From: an uncultured Verrucomicrobiae bacterium | GTDB lineage: Bacteria; Verrucomicrobiota; Verrucomicrobiia; Chthoniobacterales; JAFAMB01 | Reading direction: 5' to 3' | Assembly: GCA_963837955.1 (NCBI GenBank) | Contig: CAWIPH010000002.1 | Location: forward strand, 416,001 to 480,000 | Length of the DNA stretch: 64,000 bases | Part shown: one piece after another, positions 39,210 through 49,572 of the stretch | How the letters are laid out: each line of letters starts with the position of its first letter | How positions within the stretch are numbered: the first letter of the stretch is position 1 | The notes under the pieces: generated by a model | Database searches by the model: none | Seen by the model: the letters and a program-made list of their open reading frames with translations, nothing else | Told to the model about the DNA's origin: nothing | Position numbers and translations under genes: made by a program

Positions 39210-39227
39210 TTGTGAAAATTTTCACAA
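39210..39227. promoter_or_regulatory. Perfect 18-bp palindrome TTGTGAAAATTTTCACAA, candidate Rex operator (also fits CRP-type TGTGA-N6-TCACA)
   Basis: Matches the Rex consensus TTGTGAA-N4-TTCACAA and sits between the divergent nuoD and ndh starts. Confidence 0.75.
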
Positions 39228-39328
39228 GCAAAATAAAAACGGCTGCGAAATTGAGACTAGGCCCGAACATGATCCAACGCCTGCTCTATTCAGAACTGAG
39301 CAAATGCTAGCAACCACAGCCTAAATTT

Positions 39329-40651
39329 ATGGAACCATCCGTTGCTCAAACCGAGTCTTCGCCACGGGTCGTCATTGTCGGGGGAGGCTTTGGCGGTCTT
39401 TACGCCGCCAAGGAACTCGCCGAGAAAGGGGCACGTGTGACGGTCATCGATCGAACGAATCATCACCTCTTCCAGCCGCTCCTTTATCAAGTGGCTACCG
39501 CCGGACTTTCCCCGGCCGATATCGCTCAGCCGATTCGACACATACTCAGGGAGGCCAAAAATATTGAAGTAATAATGGCGGAAGTTGACCGAATCGATAC
39601 CAACTCAAAACAGGTCCACACGACCAGGAACCTGAACTTTCCCTACGACTATTTGGTCGTCGCGGCCGGGACCCGACATTCTTATTTTGGCCATGATGAA
39701 TGGGAAGCGCTTGCACCTGGTCTGAAGAATTTGGAGGACGCCCTCGAATTGCGGCGACGTATTTTGAGCGCGTTCGAAGCTGCTGAGATGGCGAATTCTG
39801 AAGAAGATCGGCGAGCCGCTCTGACCTTTGTTGTGGTGGGAGCTGGGCCGACCGGAGTCGAAATGGCTGGTGCAATAGTCGAGCTTGCCAACCGGAGTTT
39901 GTCTGAAGATTTTCGTCATATCGATCCTCGTTCCACCCGCGTCTTGCTGTTCGAAGGAGGACCACGCGTCTTACCGGCTTTCCAGGAAGATCTTTCTCGC
40001 TCCGCTCTGAAACAATTGGAAAGTATGGGCATCGAGGTGCGCACTGAAGCAATGGTCAAGGACGTGACCAGTGAGGGAGTGAAGGTTAACGAAGAATTTG
40101 TTCCCAGTCGGACCGTGGTATGGGCGGCCGGAAACGCTGCTTCGCCGATTGGCAAGAGCTTGGGAGCAGAAACCGATCGAGCCGGTCGAGTTTTGGTAAA
40201 CGAGGATTTATCTGTACCCGGTCATCCAGAGATTTTCGCCATTGGTGACATGGCGTGCTTCACCCATCAGACGGGTGAGCCGTTGCCTGGACTCTCGCCG
40301 GTAGCAATGCAGATGGGCCGGCACGCGGCCCGCAACATTCTTTCCGTTATCGGGGGCCAGAAGCCGGCACCATTTCGCTATTTCGACAAAGGCACGATGG
40401 CAACGATCGGCCGCAACAAAGCAGTTGCTGACCTCAAATTTGTTCGCTTTGGCGGGTTCTTAGCTTGGCTGAGTTGGCTCTTTGTCCATCTGATCTTTTT
40501 AATCGGCCTGCGTAATCGATTGCTGGTTTTCATCCAGTGGATCTGGGCCTACTTCACATACGGTCGGGGAGCGCGGCTCCTCTACGGAACCTTCAAGGCA
40601 CGGGCAGGACGGATCAGAGAAAACGAGGAGAAGCAGATCGCTAGTCGCTGA
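39329..40651 (+). CDS. ndh: Type II NADH dehydrogenase
   Basis: GGGFGG, HLFQPLLYQVAT, VGAGPTGVEMAG, FAIGD, AMQMG, DKGTMATIGR. Confidence 0.93.
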   Translation: MEPSVAQTESSPRVVIVGGGFGGLYAAKELAEKGARVTVIDRTNHHLFQPLLYQVATAGLSPADIAQPIRHILREAKNIEVIMAEVDRIDTNSKQVHTTRNLNFPYDYLVVAAGTRHSYFGHDEWEALAPGLKNLEDALELRRRILSAFEAAEMANSEEDRRAALTFVVVGAGPTGVEMAGAIVELANRSLSEDFRHIDPRSTRVLLFEGGPRVLPAFQEDLSRSALKQLESMGIEVRTEAMVKDVTSEGVKVNEEFVPSRTVVWAAGNAASPIGKSLGAETDRAGRVLVNEDLSVPGHPEIFAIGDMACFTHQTGEPLPGLSPVAMQMGRHAARNILSVIGGQKPAPFRYFDKGTMATIGRNKAVADLKFVRFGGFLAWLSWLFVHLIFLIGLRNRLLVFIQWIWAYFTYGRGARLLYGTFKARAGRIRENEEKQIASR

Positions 40652-40682
40652 TCGATGAGAGGCCCATTTTGTGGACCAGCCA

Positions 40683-41528
40683 ATGCTCGATAAGATCCGC
40701 CGAATCCTTCAGTTTATTCGATTTTCTCATACCGTCTTCGCTCTCCCGTTTGCGGTCGGATCGATGCTCGTGGCTGCACATGGCCTGCCGGACTGGTCGC
40801 TGGTTTTGTTGATCCTGCTGGCGATGGTTTTTGCTCGGACTTCCGCGATGGCGTTTAATCGCGTAGCCGATTGGGAGATCGACCAGCGCAACCCCCGCAC
40901 TGCCGGCCGCCATAAACTAGTTTCCAAACCTGCTGCTATACTGCTAGTGGCCGCGTCGGCCGGCGGATTCATCGCCATTTGCCGGTTCATTAATCCAATC
41001 TGTTTTCTGCTTTCGCCAGTCGCGCTGGCCGTCATTTTCTCCTACTCTTACACCAAGCGGTTTACGTCGTTCACGCAGTTTGTGCTTGGTTTGTCGCTCG
41101 CGATTGCTCCGGTTGGAGCTTGGCTAGCAGTTCGGGGCGAGCTGGCCGTGCCACCGTTGATTCTAGCGTCGGGGGTGATCTTTTGGGTCGGCGGTTTTGA
41201 CCTTATCTATTCGATTCAAGACTACGAATTCGACCAGCGCGCCGGGCTACATTCGATGGTGGTTAAGTACGGGGTCTCTGCGAGTCTTCGGCTTGCTCAG
41301 ATCATGCATGGCATTCTATTGCTCTGCCTCATTGGATTTGGTTACGCCAGCGGACTGGGCTGGGTCTACTATGGTGCGTTATTGCTGGTTTGCGGTGCAT
41401 TGCTTTATGAGCATCGGGCAGCCGCTACCCTCAATTTGAGCGGGATTAATCGGGCATTTTTTCAGAGCAACGCGTTCGTCAGCATTGTGTTTGTAGCGGC
41501 CATCGCCTTGGATCTGATGATGAGGTAG
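40683..41528 (+). CDS. UbiA-family prenyltransferase (MqnP-like)
   Basis: FSHTVFALPF, FNRVAD.EID.RNPRT, YSYTKR, FDLIYSIQD.EFD. Confidence 0.88.
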   Translation: MLDKIRRILQFIRFSHTVFALPFAVGSMLVAAHGLPDWSLVLLILLAMVFARTSAMAFNRVADWEIDQRNPRTAGRHKLVSKPAAILLVAASAGGFIAICRFINPICFLLSPVALAVIFSYSYTKRFTSFTQFVLGLSLAIAPVGAWLAVRGELAVPPLILASGVIFWVGGFDLIYSIQDYEFDQRAGLHSMVVKYGVSASLRLAQIMHGILLLCLIGFGYASGLGWVYYGALLLVCGALLYEHRAAATLNLSGINRAFFQSNAFVSIVFVAAIALDLMMR

Positions 41529-41772
41529 GACGCCTCCGATCGCCCTCGTGTGTCGCACCTGACCAGGCGCGAGGCTGCGTCGCGGCCGGTGGTTCGGCTA
41601 TGCCCAACCGAAGAAAGAGGGTGTGCCGAACCTTGCGAAGGCGGCTGCGAAAGTCGAAGAACCAATAAGCGATTGACCGGTCAGGCCTGATGATCTCACA
41701 GCCAGGCAAATCTCCGGTAATGACCATGGGGAATTTGGCTATTCGACGATCGGGCGCCGGTCATTTTGCTCA

Positions 41773-41796
41773 ATCCATCAAAGCATCATGATGGAT
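41773..41796. promoter_or_regulatory. Palindrome ATCCATCA-N8-TGATGGAT upstream of metH, candidate repressor operator
   Basis: Perfect 8-bp arms ending 55 bp before the ATG. Confidence 0.5.
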
Positions 41797-41851
41797 CAAT
41801 CTATTGTTTGCGGGCCCCTTTTCACCGTGATAGCTTTCCGCTCTCGGCACT

Positions 41852-44800
41852 ATGGCGGTCCAACTTCCACATTCGAGTTCATTCGATATCGCGGAGGCGC
41901 TTACCCAGCGCATCCTGATCCTTGACGGAGCGATGGGTACAATGGTCCAGCGGTTTCGTTTCCAGGAGGAGGACTACCGCGGCGATCGCTTCCGAGACCA
42001 TCCCAGAAGTCTTAAGAACAATCACGATATTCTTAGCTTGACCCAGCCTGCGGCGATCGAACGGATCCATCGCGACTACCTGGCAGCGGGCGCTGACATC
42101 ATTGAGACGAATACTTTTAACGCGACGGCTATTTCTCAGGACGATTTCGGCGTCCAGGAATTGGTAGCGGAGATGAACCGAGCAGCAGCGCGATTGGCCA
42201 AGAACGCGGTCGCAGAATGTATGGCGAAAGATCCATCCCGGCGTCGCTATGTTGCGGGCTCGATGGGTCCGCTGAATCGCACCCTGTCTATCTCGCGGGA
42301 CGTGAACGATCCGGGTAAGAGAGACGTAACCTGGCTGCAAGTGAAGCGGGCCTACGGAGATCAGGCGAAAGCGTTACTTGAGGGAGGCGTTGATTTGCTC
42401 TTAGTGGAAACGACCTTCGATACCCTGAACCTGAAAGCAGCGCTGTTTGCGGTCGAAGAGATCTTTGCGGAAGTAGGCTACCGAGTGCCGGTACTGGCGT
42501 CCGGCACCATTACTGACGCGAGCGGGCGTACGCTGACGGGTCAGACGACGGAGGCTTTTTGGATTTCGATCTCCCACGCTCCCTTGCTCAGCGTCGGTCT
42601 CAACTGCGCTCTAGGACCTAAGGAATTACGGCCGTATATCGAAGAACTTGCTCGGATCTCTCCCATCTACGTTTCCTGTTATCCCAACGCCGGCCTACCC
42701 GATCCGTTATCGCCGACTGGCTTCCCGGAAACGCCGGAATCACTCGCGCCGCAGTTGGCTGAGTGGGCGGAGTTAGGCTGGCTGAACATAGTTGGGGGTT
42801 GCTGCGGCACTACGCCGGAACATATCGCTGCATTGGTCGAAGCCGTACGCGGATTGCCACCGCGAAAACTACCCGCAAAGAATATCCAAACCCGATTGAG
42901 CGGCTTGGAACCATATCAGCTGGGTTCAACTTTCACCGTTATCGGCGAGCGAACGAACATCACCGGTTCACCGAAGTTTTCGAAGTTGATCTTGGCCGAA
43001 GACTTCGACGGAGCGTTGACGGTCGCCCGCCACCAGGTCGAGGGCGGAGCAAACATTCTCGATATCAACATGGACGAAGGAATGATCGATTCCGAAGCGG
43101 CTATGCGGAAGTTTCTTAATTTGGTTGCTGCTGAACCGGATATCTCCCGGGTGCCGATCATGGTCGACAGCTCCAAATGGTCCGTGTTGGAGGCTGGACT
43201 GCAATGTTTGCAAGGCAAAGGGATCGTTAACTCGATCAGCCTCAAGGAAGGCGAGGAGAAGTTTCGAACCCAGGCAGAGCTGGTTCGCCGGTATGGCGCA
43301 GCCGTTGTCGTAATGGCGTTCGATGAAAAAGGGCAGGCCGACTCCTTTGAAAGGAAAATCGAGATCTGCGCCCGCGCTTACCGGCTGTTGGTGGATGAGG
43401 TCGGTTTCCCTCCGGAAGATATCGTTTTCGATCCGAACATACTCACGGTGGCTACCGGAATTGAGGAACATAATGCCTATGCGAAAGCATTTATCGAGGC
43501 GACCCGATGGATCAAAGCGCATCTACCGCATTGTCGAGTAAGCGGAGGAGTCAGCAATATCTCCTTTTCGCTGCGAGGTAATAACGTCGTGCGCGAAGCG
43601 ATGCACGCCGCCTTTCTTTATCATGCGATTCGCGCAGGAATGGATATGGGAATCGTGAACGCTGGGCAGCTCGCAGTGTATGAACAGATCCCGCCGGATC
43701 TCCTTGAGCTCGTGGAAGACGTGCTTTTTGACCGGCGCAAGGACGCCACGGAGCGCCTCGTAGATTTTGCCGAACAGGTGAAACAAACCGCGAAGGTCGG
43801 CGTAAAAGATGAGGCTTGGCGATCTGCGGACGTGGAGGAGCGACTGGCCTACGCACTGGTCAAAGGCATCGTTGACTACATCGATCTTGATACGGAAGAG
43901 GCGCGCCAAAAATACGATAAGCCGCTGTCTGTGATTGAGGGTCCCTTGATGAAGGGCATGGGCGTCGTTGGCGACCTATTCGGATCTGGCAAAATGTTCC
44001 TTCCGCAGGTGGTCAAAAGCGCGCGAGTCATGAAGAAAGCTGTGGCCTATCTCATGCCGTATATGGAGGAAGAAAGGCAGAGTAACCCGGAGAAGCGGTC
44101 TCAAGGCAAAGTCGTAATGGCTACGGTCAAAGGAGACGTTCACGACATCGGAAAGAACATCGTGGGCGTCGTGTTGGCCTGTAACAATTTCGAGGTGACC
44201 GATCTCGGCGTCATGGTGCCGGCCGAGAAAATTCTCGAAGAGGCTCGAAAACGGAATGCTGATGTGATCGGACTAAGTGGACTAATCACGCCGTCCCTCG
44301 ATGAAATGGTGCATGTTGCCCAGGAGATGGAACGGTTGGGTTATACGGAGCCGTTGCTGATTGGTGGGGCCACAACCAGCCGAGCGCATACCGCAGTGAA
44401 AATCGCGCCGCACTACTCCGGATCGGTCATCCATGTGTTGGATGCTTCGCGCGCCGCCGGCGTGGTGTCTTCGTTGCTGAGCGAAGATCAGAGGTCCAGC
44501 TTCACCAGCAAGAACGCTGAAGAACAGAATAAGCTTCGTATCGAATTTCAGCAAAAAGCCGGCGGTAAACCGTTGTTGCCGATCGAAGTGGCCAGGGAAC
44601 GGAAAGAACCGGTCGATTGGAACGCAGCCCGGATTGATCGGCCCAGCTTTGTTGGAGCCCACTCAATCGCCAGCCAACCGCTCGATGAACTGGTCCCTTA
44701 CATCGATTGGTCACCCTTTTTCCATACTTGGGAATTGCGTGGCCGATTCCCCAGTATCTTCGACGACCCGGTTGTCGGGGCCCAGGCGCGGCAGTTGTAC

Positions 44801-45571
44801 GAGGATGCGCAAAAGCTGCTCCAGGACATCGTGAATAGCCGTCTGATAGTTGCTAAAGGAGTCTACGGATTGTGGCCGGCCAACAACGTGGGAGATGATA
44901 TCGAGGTATATGGCGATGAAACACGAGCGGAGATACTCACAGTGTTTCACATGCTTCGCCAGCAGATGGACAAGCCGTCCGGTCAGTTCAATCACTGTTT
45001 GGCCGATTTCATCGCTCCCCGATCGAGCGGACGCACGGATTATCTCGGTGCTTTTGCAGTAACGGCAGGACACGGCGCGGACGAGTTGGCGCGACAATTT
45101 GAGGCCGACCACGACGATTACAATGCGATCATGACCAAAGCCTTGGCAGATCGTTTGGCGGAAGCATTCGCTGAGTTTCTGCATGAGCGGGCCAGACGGG
45201 ACTGGGGGTTTGGTGGTGACGAGAAGCTAAGCAAAGAAGATTTGATCCGTGAATCGTATCGTGGAATTCGACCGGCGGCAGGATACCCGGCATGTCCGGA
45301 CCACACTGAGAAACGGACTCTCTTCGATCTGTTGCGAGCCGAGCAAGCAACCGGCATCCGCCTGACGGAGAGTTATGCCATGTGGCCGGGCGCTTCCGTA
45401 AGCGGACTTTATTTCGCTGCGCCCAACGCGAAATACTTTGGAGTCGGGAAGATCGGCCGCGACCAGATCCAGGATTACCAAGCTCGCAAAGGCTTGTCTT
45501 TGGAAGAGGTGGAGCGCTGGCTGGGTCCGTATCTGAATTATCAACCGAAGAGCACGGTTACCGTTCGGTAG
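41852..45571 (+). CDS. metH: Cobalamin-dependent methionine synthase
   Basis: [27 protein letters not shown] (B12 site), [12 protein letters not shown]. Confidence 0.98.
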   Translation: MAVQLPHSSSFDIAEALTQRILILDGAMGTMVQRFRFQEEDYRGDRFRDHPRSLKNNHDILSLTQPAAIERIHRDYLAAGADIIETNTFNATAISQDDFGVQELVAEMNRAAARLAKNAVAECMAKDPSRRRYVAGSMGPLNRTLSISRDVNDPGKRDVTWLQVKRAYGDQAKALLEGGVDLLLVETTFDTLNLKAALFAVEEIFAEVGYRVPVLASGTITDASGRTLTGQTTEAFWISISHAPLLSVGLNCALGPKELRPYIEELARISPIYVSCYPNAGLPDPLSPTGFPETPESLAPQLAEWAELGWLNIVGGCCGTTPEHIAALVEAVRGLPPRKLPAKNIQTRLSGLEPYQLGSTFTVIGERTNITGSPKFSKLILAEDFDGALTVARHQVEGGANILDINMDEGMIDSEAAMRKFLNLVAAEPDISRVPIMVDSSKWSVLEAGLQCLQGKGIVNSISLKEGEEKFRTQAELVRRYGAAVVVMAFDEKGQADSFERKIEICARAYRLLVDEVGFPPEDIVFDPNILTVATGIEEHNAYAKAFIEATRWIKAHLPHCRVSGGVSNISFSLRGNNVVREAMHAAFLYHAIRAGMDMGIVNAGQLAVYEQIPPDLLELVEDVLFDRRKDATERLVDFAEQVKQTAKVGVKDEAWRSADVEERLAYALVKGIVDYIDLDTEEARQKYDKPLSVIEGPLMKGMGVVGDLFGSGKMFLPQVVKSARVMKKAVAYLMPYMEEERQSNPEKRSQGKVVMATVKGDVHDIGKNIVGVVLACNNFEVTDLGVMVPAEKILEEARKRNADVIGLSGLITPSLDEMVHVAQEMERLGYTEPLLIGGATTSRAHTAVKIAPHYSGSVIHVLDASRAAGVVSSLLSEDQRSSFTSKNAEEQNKLRIEFQQKAGGKPLLPIEVARERKEPVDWNAARIDRPSFVGAHSIASQPLDELVPYIDWSPFFHTWELRGRFPSIFDDPVVGAQARQLYEDAQKLLQDIVNSRLIVAKGVYGLWPANNVGDDIEVYGDETRAEILTVFHMLRQQMDKPSGQFNHCLADFIAPRSSGRTDYLGAFAVTAGHGADELARQFEADHDDYNAIMTKALADRLAEAFAEFLHERARRDWGFGGDEKLSKEDLIRESYRGIRPAAGYPACPDHTEKRTLFDLLRAEQATGIRLTESYAMWPGASVSGLYFAAPNAKYFGVGKIGRDQIQDYQARKGLSLEEVERWLGPYLNYQPKSTVTVR

Positions 45572-45730
45572 CCTGATCCTCCTGGCTCAGGAACCGGGGC
45601 GCTGCGCGATTGTGAGAAGTGATTGGTGATTGGTGGGAGATCTCTGCCGAGGATTTACCGATAGGCATCCACCGCCCTCTCACTAGTCACTCATCGCCGA
45701 CGCTGAGGCTGAAGCGTCAGGCTACTCCGC

Positions 45731-45776
45731 AAAAAAAAGAGAGTCGGTGCGCGGCGGTTGGACCGGCACCGACCCC
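45731..45776 (-). terminator. Rho-independent terminator
   Basis: Minus-strand stem GGGGUCGGUGC/GCACCGACUCU followed by C and U8. The G-U pairs form only on the minus strand. Confidence 0.75.
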
Positions 45777-45830
45777 TGCTGTTGGCGTGGTGGCTATTCT
45801 TTAGAAATGGCGACTCTAATTGGTCGTCGG
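45731..45830 (-). ncRNA. Candidate sigma54-dependent small RNA (~100 nt)
   Basis: Bounded by a -24/-12 promoter and an intrinsic terminator; contains no ATG. Confidence 0.5.
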
Positions 45831-45840
45831 GATTCTATTA

Positions 45841-45857
45841 AGCAGCCGTGATGCCAA
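45841..45857 (-). promoter_or_regulatory. Sigma54 (-24/-12) promoter
   Basis: Minus strand reads TTGGCATCACGGCTGCT, with exact GG-N10-GC spacing. Confidence 0.6.
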
Positions 45858-46501
45858 CCCGATCAGATCGAGCCAAAGACGAGGCTTATTCTCCGTTTCC
45901 TCGAGGGGAAATAAATTTAGATTCAATAATCTGCTTGCAGAGCTCGCCCCGTTTCTGGGAACCGAGCTGACCCGATTTTGGGATCGTGAGTCCTGAAAAT
46001 GGGACGGCCTTTCCTCGTTCGAGATTAAGCGCAATTGCAAACGGCTGGATTGCTATTTGGAGTTCCGTGGCAACGAGTCGATTCGATAACGGACGTATCT
46101 TAACGGGCCGTTGCCCGATAGGTTCTTATTGAGCGAAATCCAAAAACCAGTTTTCTCGGGTGACGGGGATTTCAGATCGGCAGAAGAGCCTGGTAAACGA
46201 TCCAGTCTGCAACACGCTTTTAGACGAGACCCCTAACTCTTACATTATCGCCGAACCGAAAAAGGCTTGATCTACAAAGATCTTATTCCTAAAGCTAACT
46301 TCTATTCCGCGTCTCGTTTTCTGCCCCCGTCGCACGTTGCTATCTGAATGATGGCCGGCCTGATGAGAATACTGACCGAAGCGTTCCCAGCTGATTAGCT
46401 TGCTATGTTGATCCTAAGAAAGCGTTCGGTCCGCGACATGTGCTCCCATAACAGGTTGCCATTGGACACCAAGTTTCGAGCTATTCCTTAGGGCCAGAAC
46501 C

Positions 46502-47326
46502 ATGTTCAACTGGCTCTCCAACTTTCCTGAGATCGGCATCGCGGTGCTCTGGCTCTACAACTTTCCTGACGTCGGCATTGCGCTGCTGTTCGGGACGGTT
46601 GGTGCGTGCCTGTTTGCTGGATTCCCGTTCTTGCGAGAGAAAGTGCTGTGTATCCAAGTGCCAGGGGATCAGTCTTCAGCTGCGCGCAATGCTTTGGAAG
46701 TGGTAATCGGCTTTACGGCGGTCGTTCTAGCGTTCTCACTGGTTCAGGCACATCGCAACCTTCGGGACCTCGAAGCGCAGGTAGGCACGGAGGCCCATAA
46801 TCTCGCTCAGATGGATCGTCTTATCCTCCGATATGGGGACCCCGCGATCAGTGCCATCAGGGAATCGCTGCGCGACTATGCAAACTCGATCGTAAAGGAT
46901 GAGTGGCCGCAACTACGCAAAGGCAAGCCAAGTGAGCGGACTGCTGCGCTGTTCCGCCCAATTTCACGCAGCATATTTGCGATCGACCCGGCGTCTGGAC
47001 GCCAGAGCCTGATCTATACGGAGATGCTTAGAAAAGCGGATGAAATTGCAGCGGACCGCAAAGCGCGCGTGGTTGCGGCCACTAAACTCAAACTGCCTCC
47101 GATCTTCTGGCAGACAATCATTGCCTTATTCGTAATACTGCTGCTATTGGCGACATTCGCTGAAGCCACGCTTGGCCAGCAGGTGGCGCTCGGCGGGCAG
47201 GGTTTCGGGCTTGCATTGCTCGTGGCCCTTGTTTTCATCTTCGATCAGCCCTTCAGAGGCCAGACCTCTGTTTCACCGGATCCCATTGTGAATGTCATCG
47301 CGGAAATGCAGGGCCGTACCTCATGA
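46502..47326 (+). CDS. DUF4239-like membrane protein
   Basis: VVLAFSL, V..EA..L, LRDYANSIV.DEWP, DQPF.G..SVSP pattern. Confidence 0.75.
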   Translation: MFNWLSNFPEIGIAVLWLYNFPDVGIALLFGTVGACLFAGFPFLREKVLCIQVPGDQSSAARNALEVVIGFTAVVLAFSLVQAHRNLRDLEAQVGTEAHNLAQMDRLILRYGDPAISAIRESLRDYANSIVKDEWPQLRKGKPSERTAALFRPISRSIFAIDPASGRQSLIYTEMLRKADEIAADRKARVVAATKLKLPPIFWQTIIALFVILLLLATFAEATLGQQVALGGQGFGLALLVALVFIFDQPFRGQTSVSPDPIVNVIAEMQGRTS

Positions 47327-47615
47327 TCAGCCGCGACGATCACCTACGCGATTACTTGCGATCCGCTGGATGGCTATTTTGCTAGTCTTCGGCGGCGCGT
47401 TCGGGCAGAAGGAGTCAGACAAATGATACCCGCGAATCAGCACGCTCTGATGGGAATCACAATCCGATCGCGAGCGGTATTCTCTAGTCGCTGCGGTTCG
47501 GGGCCGCCCCGCTAACCTGCAATTGCTGGCGTTGTAATCAATCCCGCCTTCCCAGACACCGGCCAGTTGCACATCTGAACTCGCCTCTTTAGTAAGCCGG
47601 AGCAATGACTTCTAA

Positions 47616-48101
47616 CTATTTTGAATTGCTCGGATACGCGTTAAATCGAAATATCTTCCAACTTCCGTCGGGTTGGCGCTTAAATATATCCAAGCTAGTT
47701 TCATCGACAAAGTTCTCCCCTGGCACGCTCTTCTGGGTAACTCGAAGAAGCCAGCCGAGCCTGGCGACAGCGAGGTCTCCGCAAACCAAGATCTCCTTGA
47801 TCTGAAGGGAATAATCATAGGTTTTAACAGGGTCATTTAACGATTTGAGCAACTGGGCACATAATGAATGATAGTCCCCCTCAGGCAGGCCCTGATAACT
47901 TGAAATCAGATCCGGGGCAAAAAGCGCGCAGACGTCAGATGAATCGCCCGCGTTGAAGTCCTTCGTCCATTTTTCCAGAGTGGCCCGAATTTCATTCTGC
48001 GCCGTCTCGGTCGTATTGGAACCAGCCGCGGATGAAAACGTAAGCAATAAAAATCCGCACAGAATCGCTGATCCGTTCAGAGCGTATTTTGATATTCTCA
48101 T
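47616..48101 (-). CDS. Secreted NTF2/SnoaL-like (YybH/DUF4440-type) protein
   Basis: Signal-like N-terminus, W..DFNAGD, GDLAV, KRQPDGSWKI. Start uncertain. Confidence 0.75.
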   Translation of the reverse strand: MRISKYALNGSAILCGFLLLTFSSAAGSNTTETAQNEIRATLEKWTKDFNAGDSSDVCALFAPDLISSYQGLPEGDYHSLCAQLLKSLNDPVKTYDYSLQIKEILVCGDLAVARLGWLLRVTQKSVPGENFVDETSLDIFKRQPDGSWKIFRFNAYPSNSK

Positions 48102-48260
48102 GCGCAGGTTTCGCATTGGTTCCATAGCGCGCCAGTTTCTCAGAAACGGAGAAGCGGGGCGAGGCTTTGGGAGCAGCTTCTTTGTTATTTTGAAGTTCGC
48201 TTCCAGACCGGAAAATATGCTGTTGTATATTTTCCCATTTGGAGGCGAAGGCACCGAATC

Positions 48261-49550
48261 CTACTCATCCGCGGCGTCGATCTCCAGTTGCACGAGGTCG
48301 GCAAAGTTTTGCCGGCGGCGGATCACCTGATGGTTCTTTCCCTGAACTAGTATCTCGGCTGCTAGAGGGCGAGAGTTGTAGTTCGAAGCCATGGCGAACC
48401 CGTAGGCGCCCGCGCTCATGATGGCGAGCAAATCGCCCGCTTTGACATCGGCGATTTCGCGATCCAACGCTATGAAATCGCCGCTCTCGCAAACCGGCCC
48501 GACGACATCTGCCCGAATCATTTTCGCACTTTCATTTAACGGAACGATTTCGTGGTATCCCTGGTAGAGGGCTGGCCGAATGAGATCATTCATGCCGACG
48601 TCGACGATAATGAAAACTTTGTTCGGAGTCTTTTTGAGATAAAGAACTCGGGTGAGCAGGACTCCGGCGTTTCCAACCAGGAAGCGCCCCGGTTCAAGCA
48701 GCACCCGCATTTGCAGCGGTTGCAGCCGAGGAACAACTGTTCCGGCATATTCCTCGATACTCATTGCTCGATTTTCCTTCTGCTGCCACCAAACCTGGTC
48801 TCCACTTTCCAGAGATCCCTGGTAGACGATCCCGATTCCGCCTCCGATGCTAAAGAATTGGATGCCGAATCGGTTGCGCAAATGTTGAGCGATCGGAACG
48901 ATTTTGTCGATGGCATCGGCGAACGGCTTGGACTCGGTGATTTGTGAGCCGATATGCGTTTGGAGTCCTTTGATCTCCAAGTGTTTCAGGCCGGCAGCCA
49001 ACTCGTAGACCGGCTCCACGCGATCGAGACCAATCCCGAATTTGTTTTCGCTCTTTCCAGTCGAAATATACTTGTGGGTCTTCGCGTCGACGTCAGGGTT
49101 GACTCGGACCGCGATGGGAGCCTTGCGGTCCAATGAGCGAGCGACTTCATCGATGGTTAGAAGTTCTTCTTCTGACTCGATGTTGAAGCTACCAATATTG
49201 TTGTACAGCGCGTAGGCGATCTCATCGCGTGTCTTGCCCACGCCGGCAAAAGTACATCTGGCGGGATCACCGCCGGCGGTGATGATTCGGTAAAGTTCGC
49301 CCCCTGATACGATGTCGAATCCGGCGCCTTCGTCTGCCAACGTCCGGAGAATGGCTAAGTTGGAATTCGCTTTGATCGCGTAGCAGATTTCACGATGGAG
49401 CGGCTCCAAGGCTGCGTTCAATCGGCGATAGTGATCAACAATGGTTTGCTCGCTATAGACGTACAGTGGTGTTCCATGTTGTTCGGCCAGAGTGGCGAGA
49501 TCGGTAGATTCGCAGTGGAGCTTGCCCTCTTGATAGTGAAACGAATGCAT
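48261..49550 (-). CDS. lysA: Diaminopimelate decarboxylase
   Basis: TPLYVYS, YAIKAN, HIGSQI, EPGR, GPVCESGD, GAYG..MASNYN. Confidence 0.96.
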   Translation of the reverse strand: MHSFHYQEGKLHCESTDLATLAEQHGTPLYVYSEQTIVDHYRRLNAALEPLHREICYAIKANSNLAILRTLADEGAGFDIVSGGELYRIITAGGDPARCTFAGVGKTRDEIAYALYNNIGSFNIESEEELLTIDEVARSLDRKAPIAVRVNPDVDAKTHKYISTGKSENKFGIGLDRVEPVYELAAGLKHLEIKGLQTHIGSQITESKPFADAIDKIVPIAQHLRNRFGIQFFSIGGGIGIVYQGSLESGDQVWWQQKENRAMSIEEYAGTVVPRLQPLQMRVLLEPGRFLVGNAGVLLTRVLYLKKTPNKVFIIVDVGMNDLIRPALYQGYHEIVPLNESAKMIRADVVGPVCESGDFIALDREIADVKAGDLLAIMSAGAYGFAMASNYNSRPLAAEILVQGKNHQVIRRRQNFADLVQLEIDAADE

Positions 49551-49572
49551 GGGAAAACGGTTCGCGCTCGGG

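Noticed and set aside
41529..41851. SAM or cobalamin riboswitch before metH
   Set aside because: I could not identify the conserved cores; an Rfam cmscan would be decisive.
46010..46500. Pseudogene or RNA gene in the long intergenic stretch
   Set aside because: No recognisable reading-frame remnant, cloverleaf or repeat found by eye.
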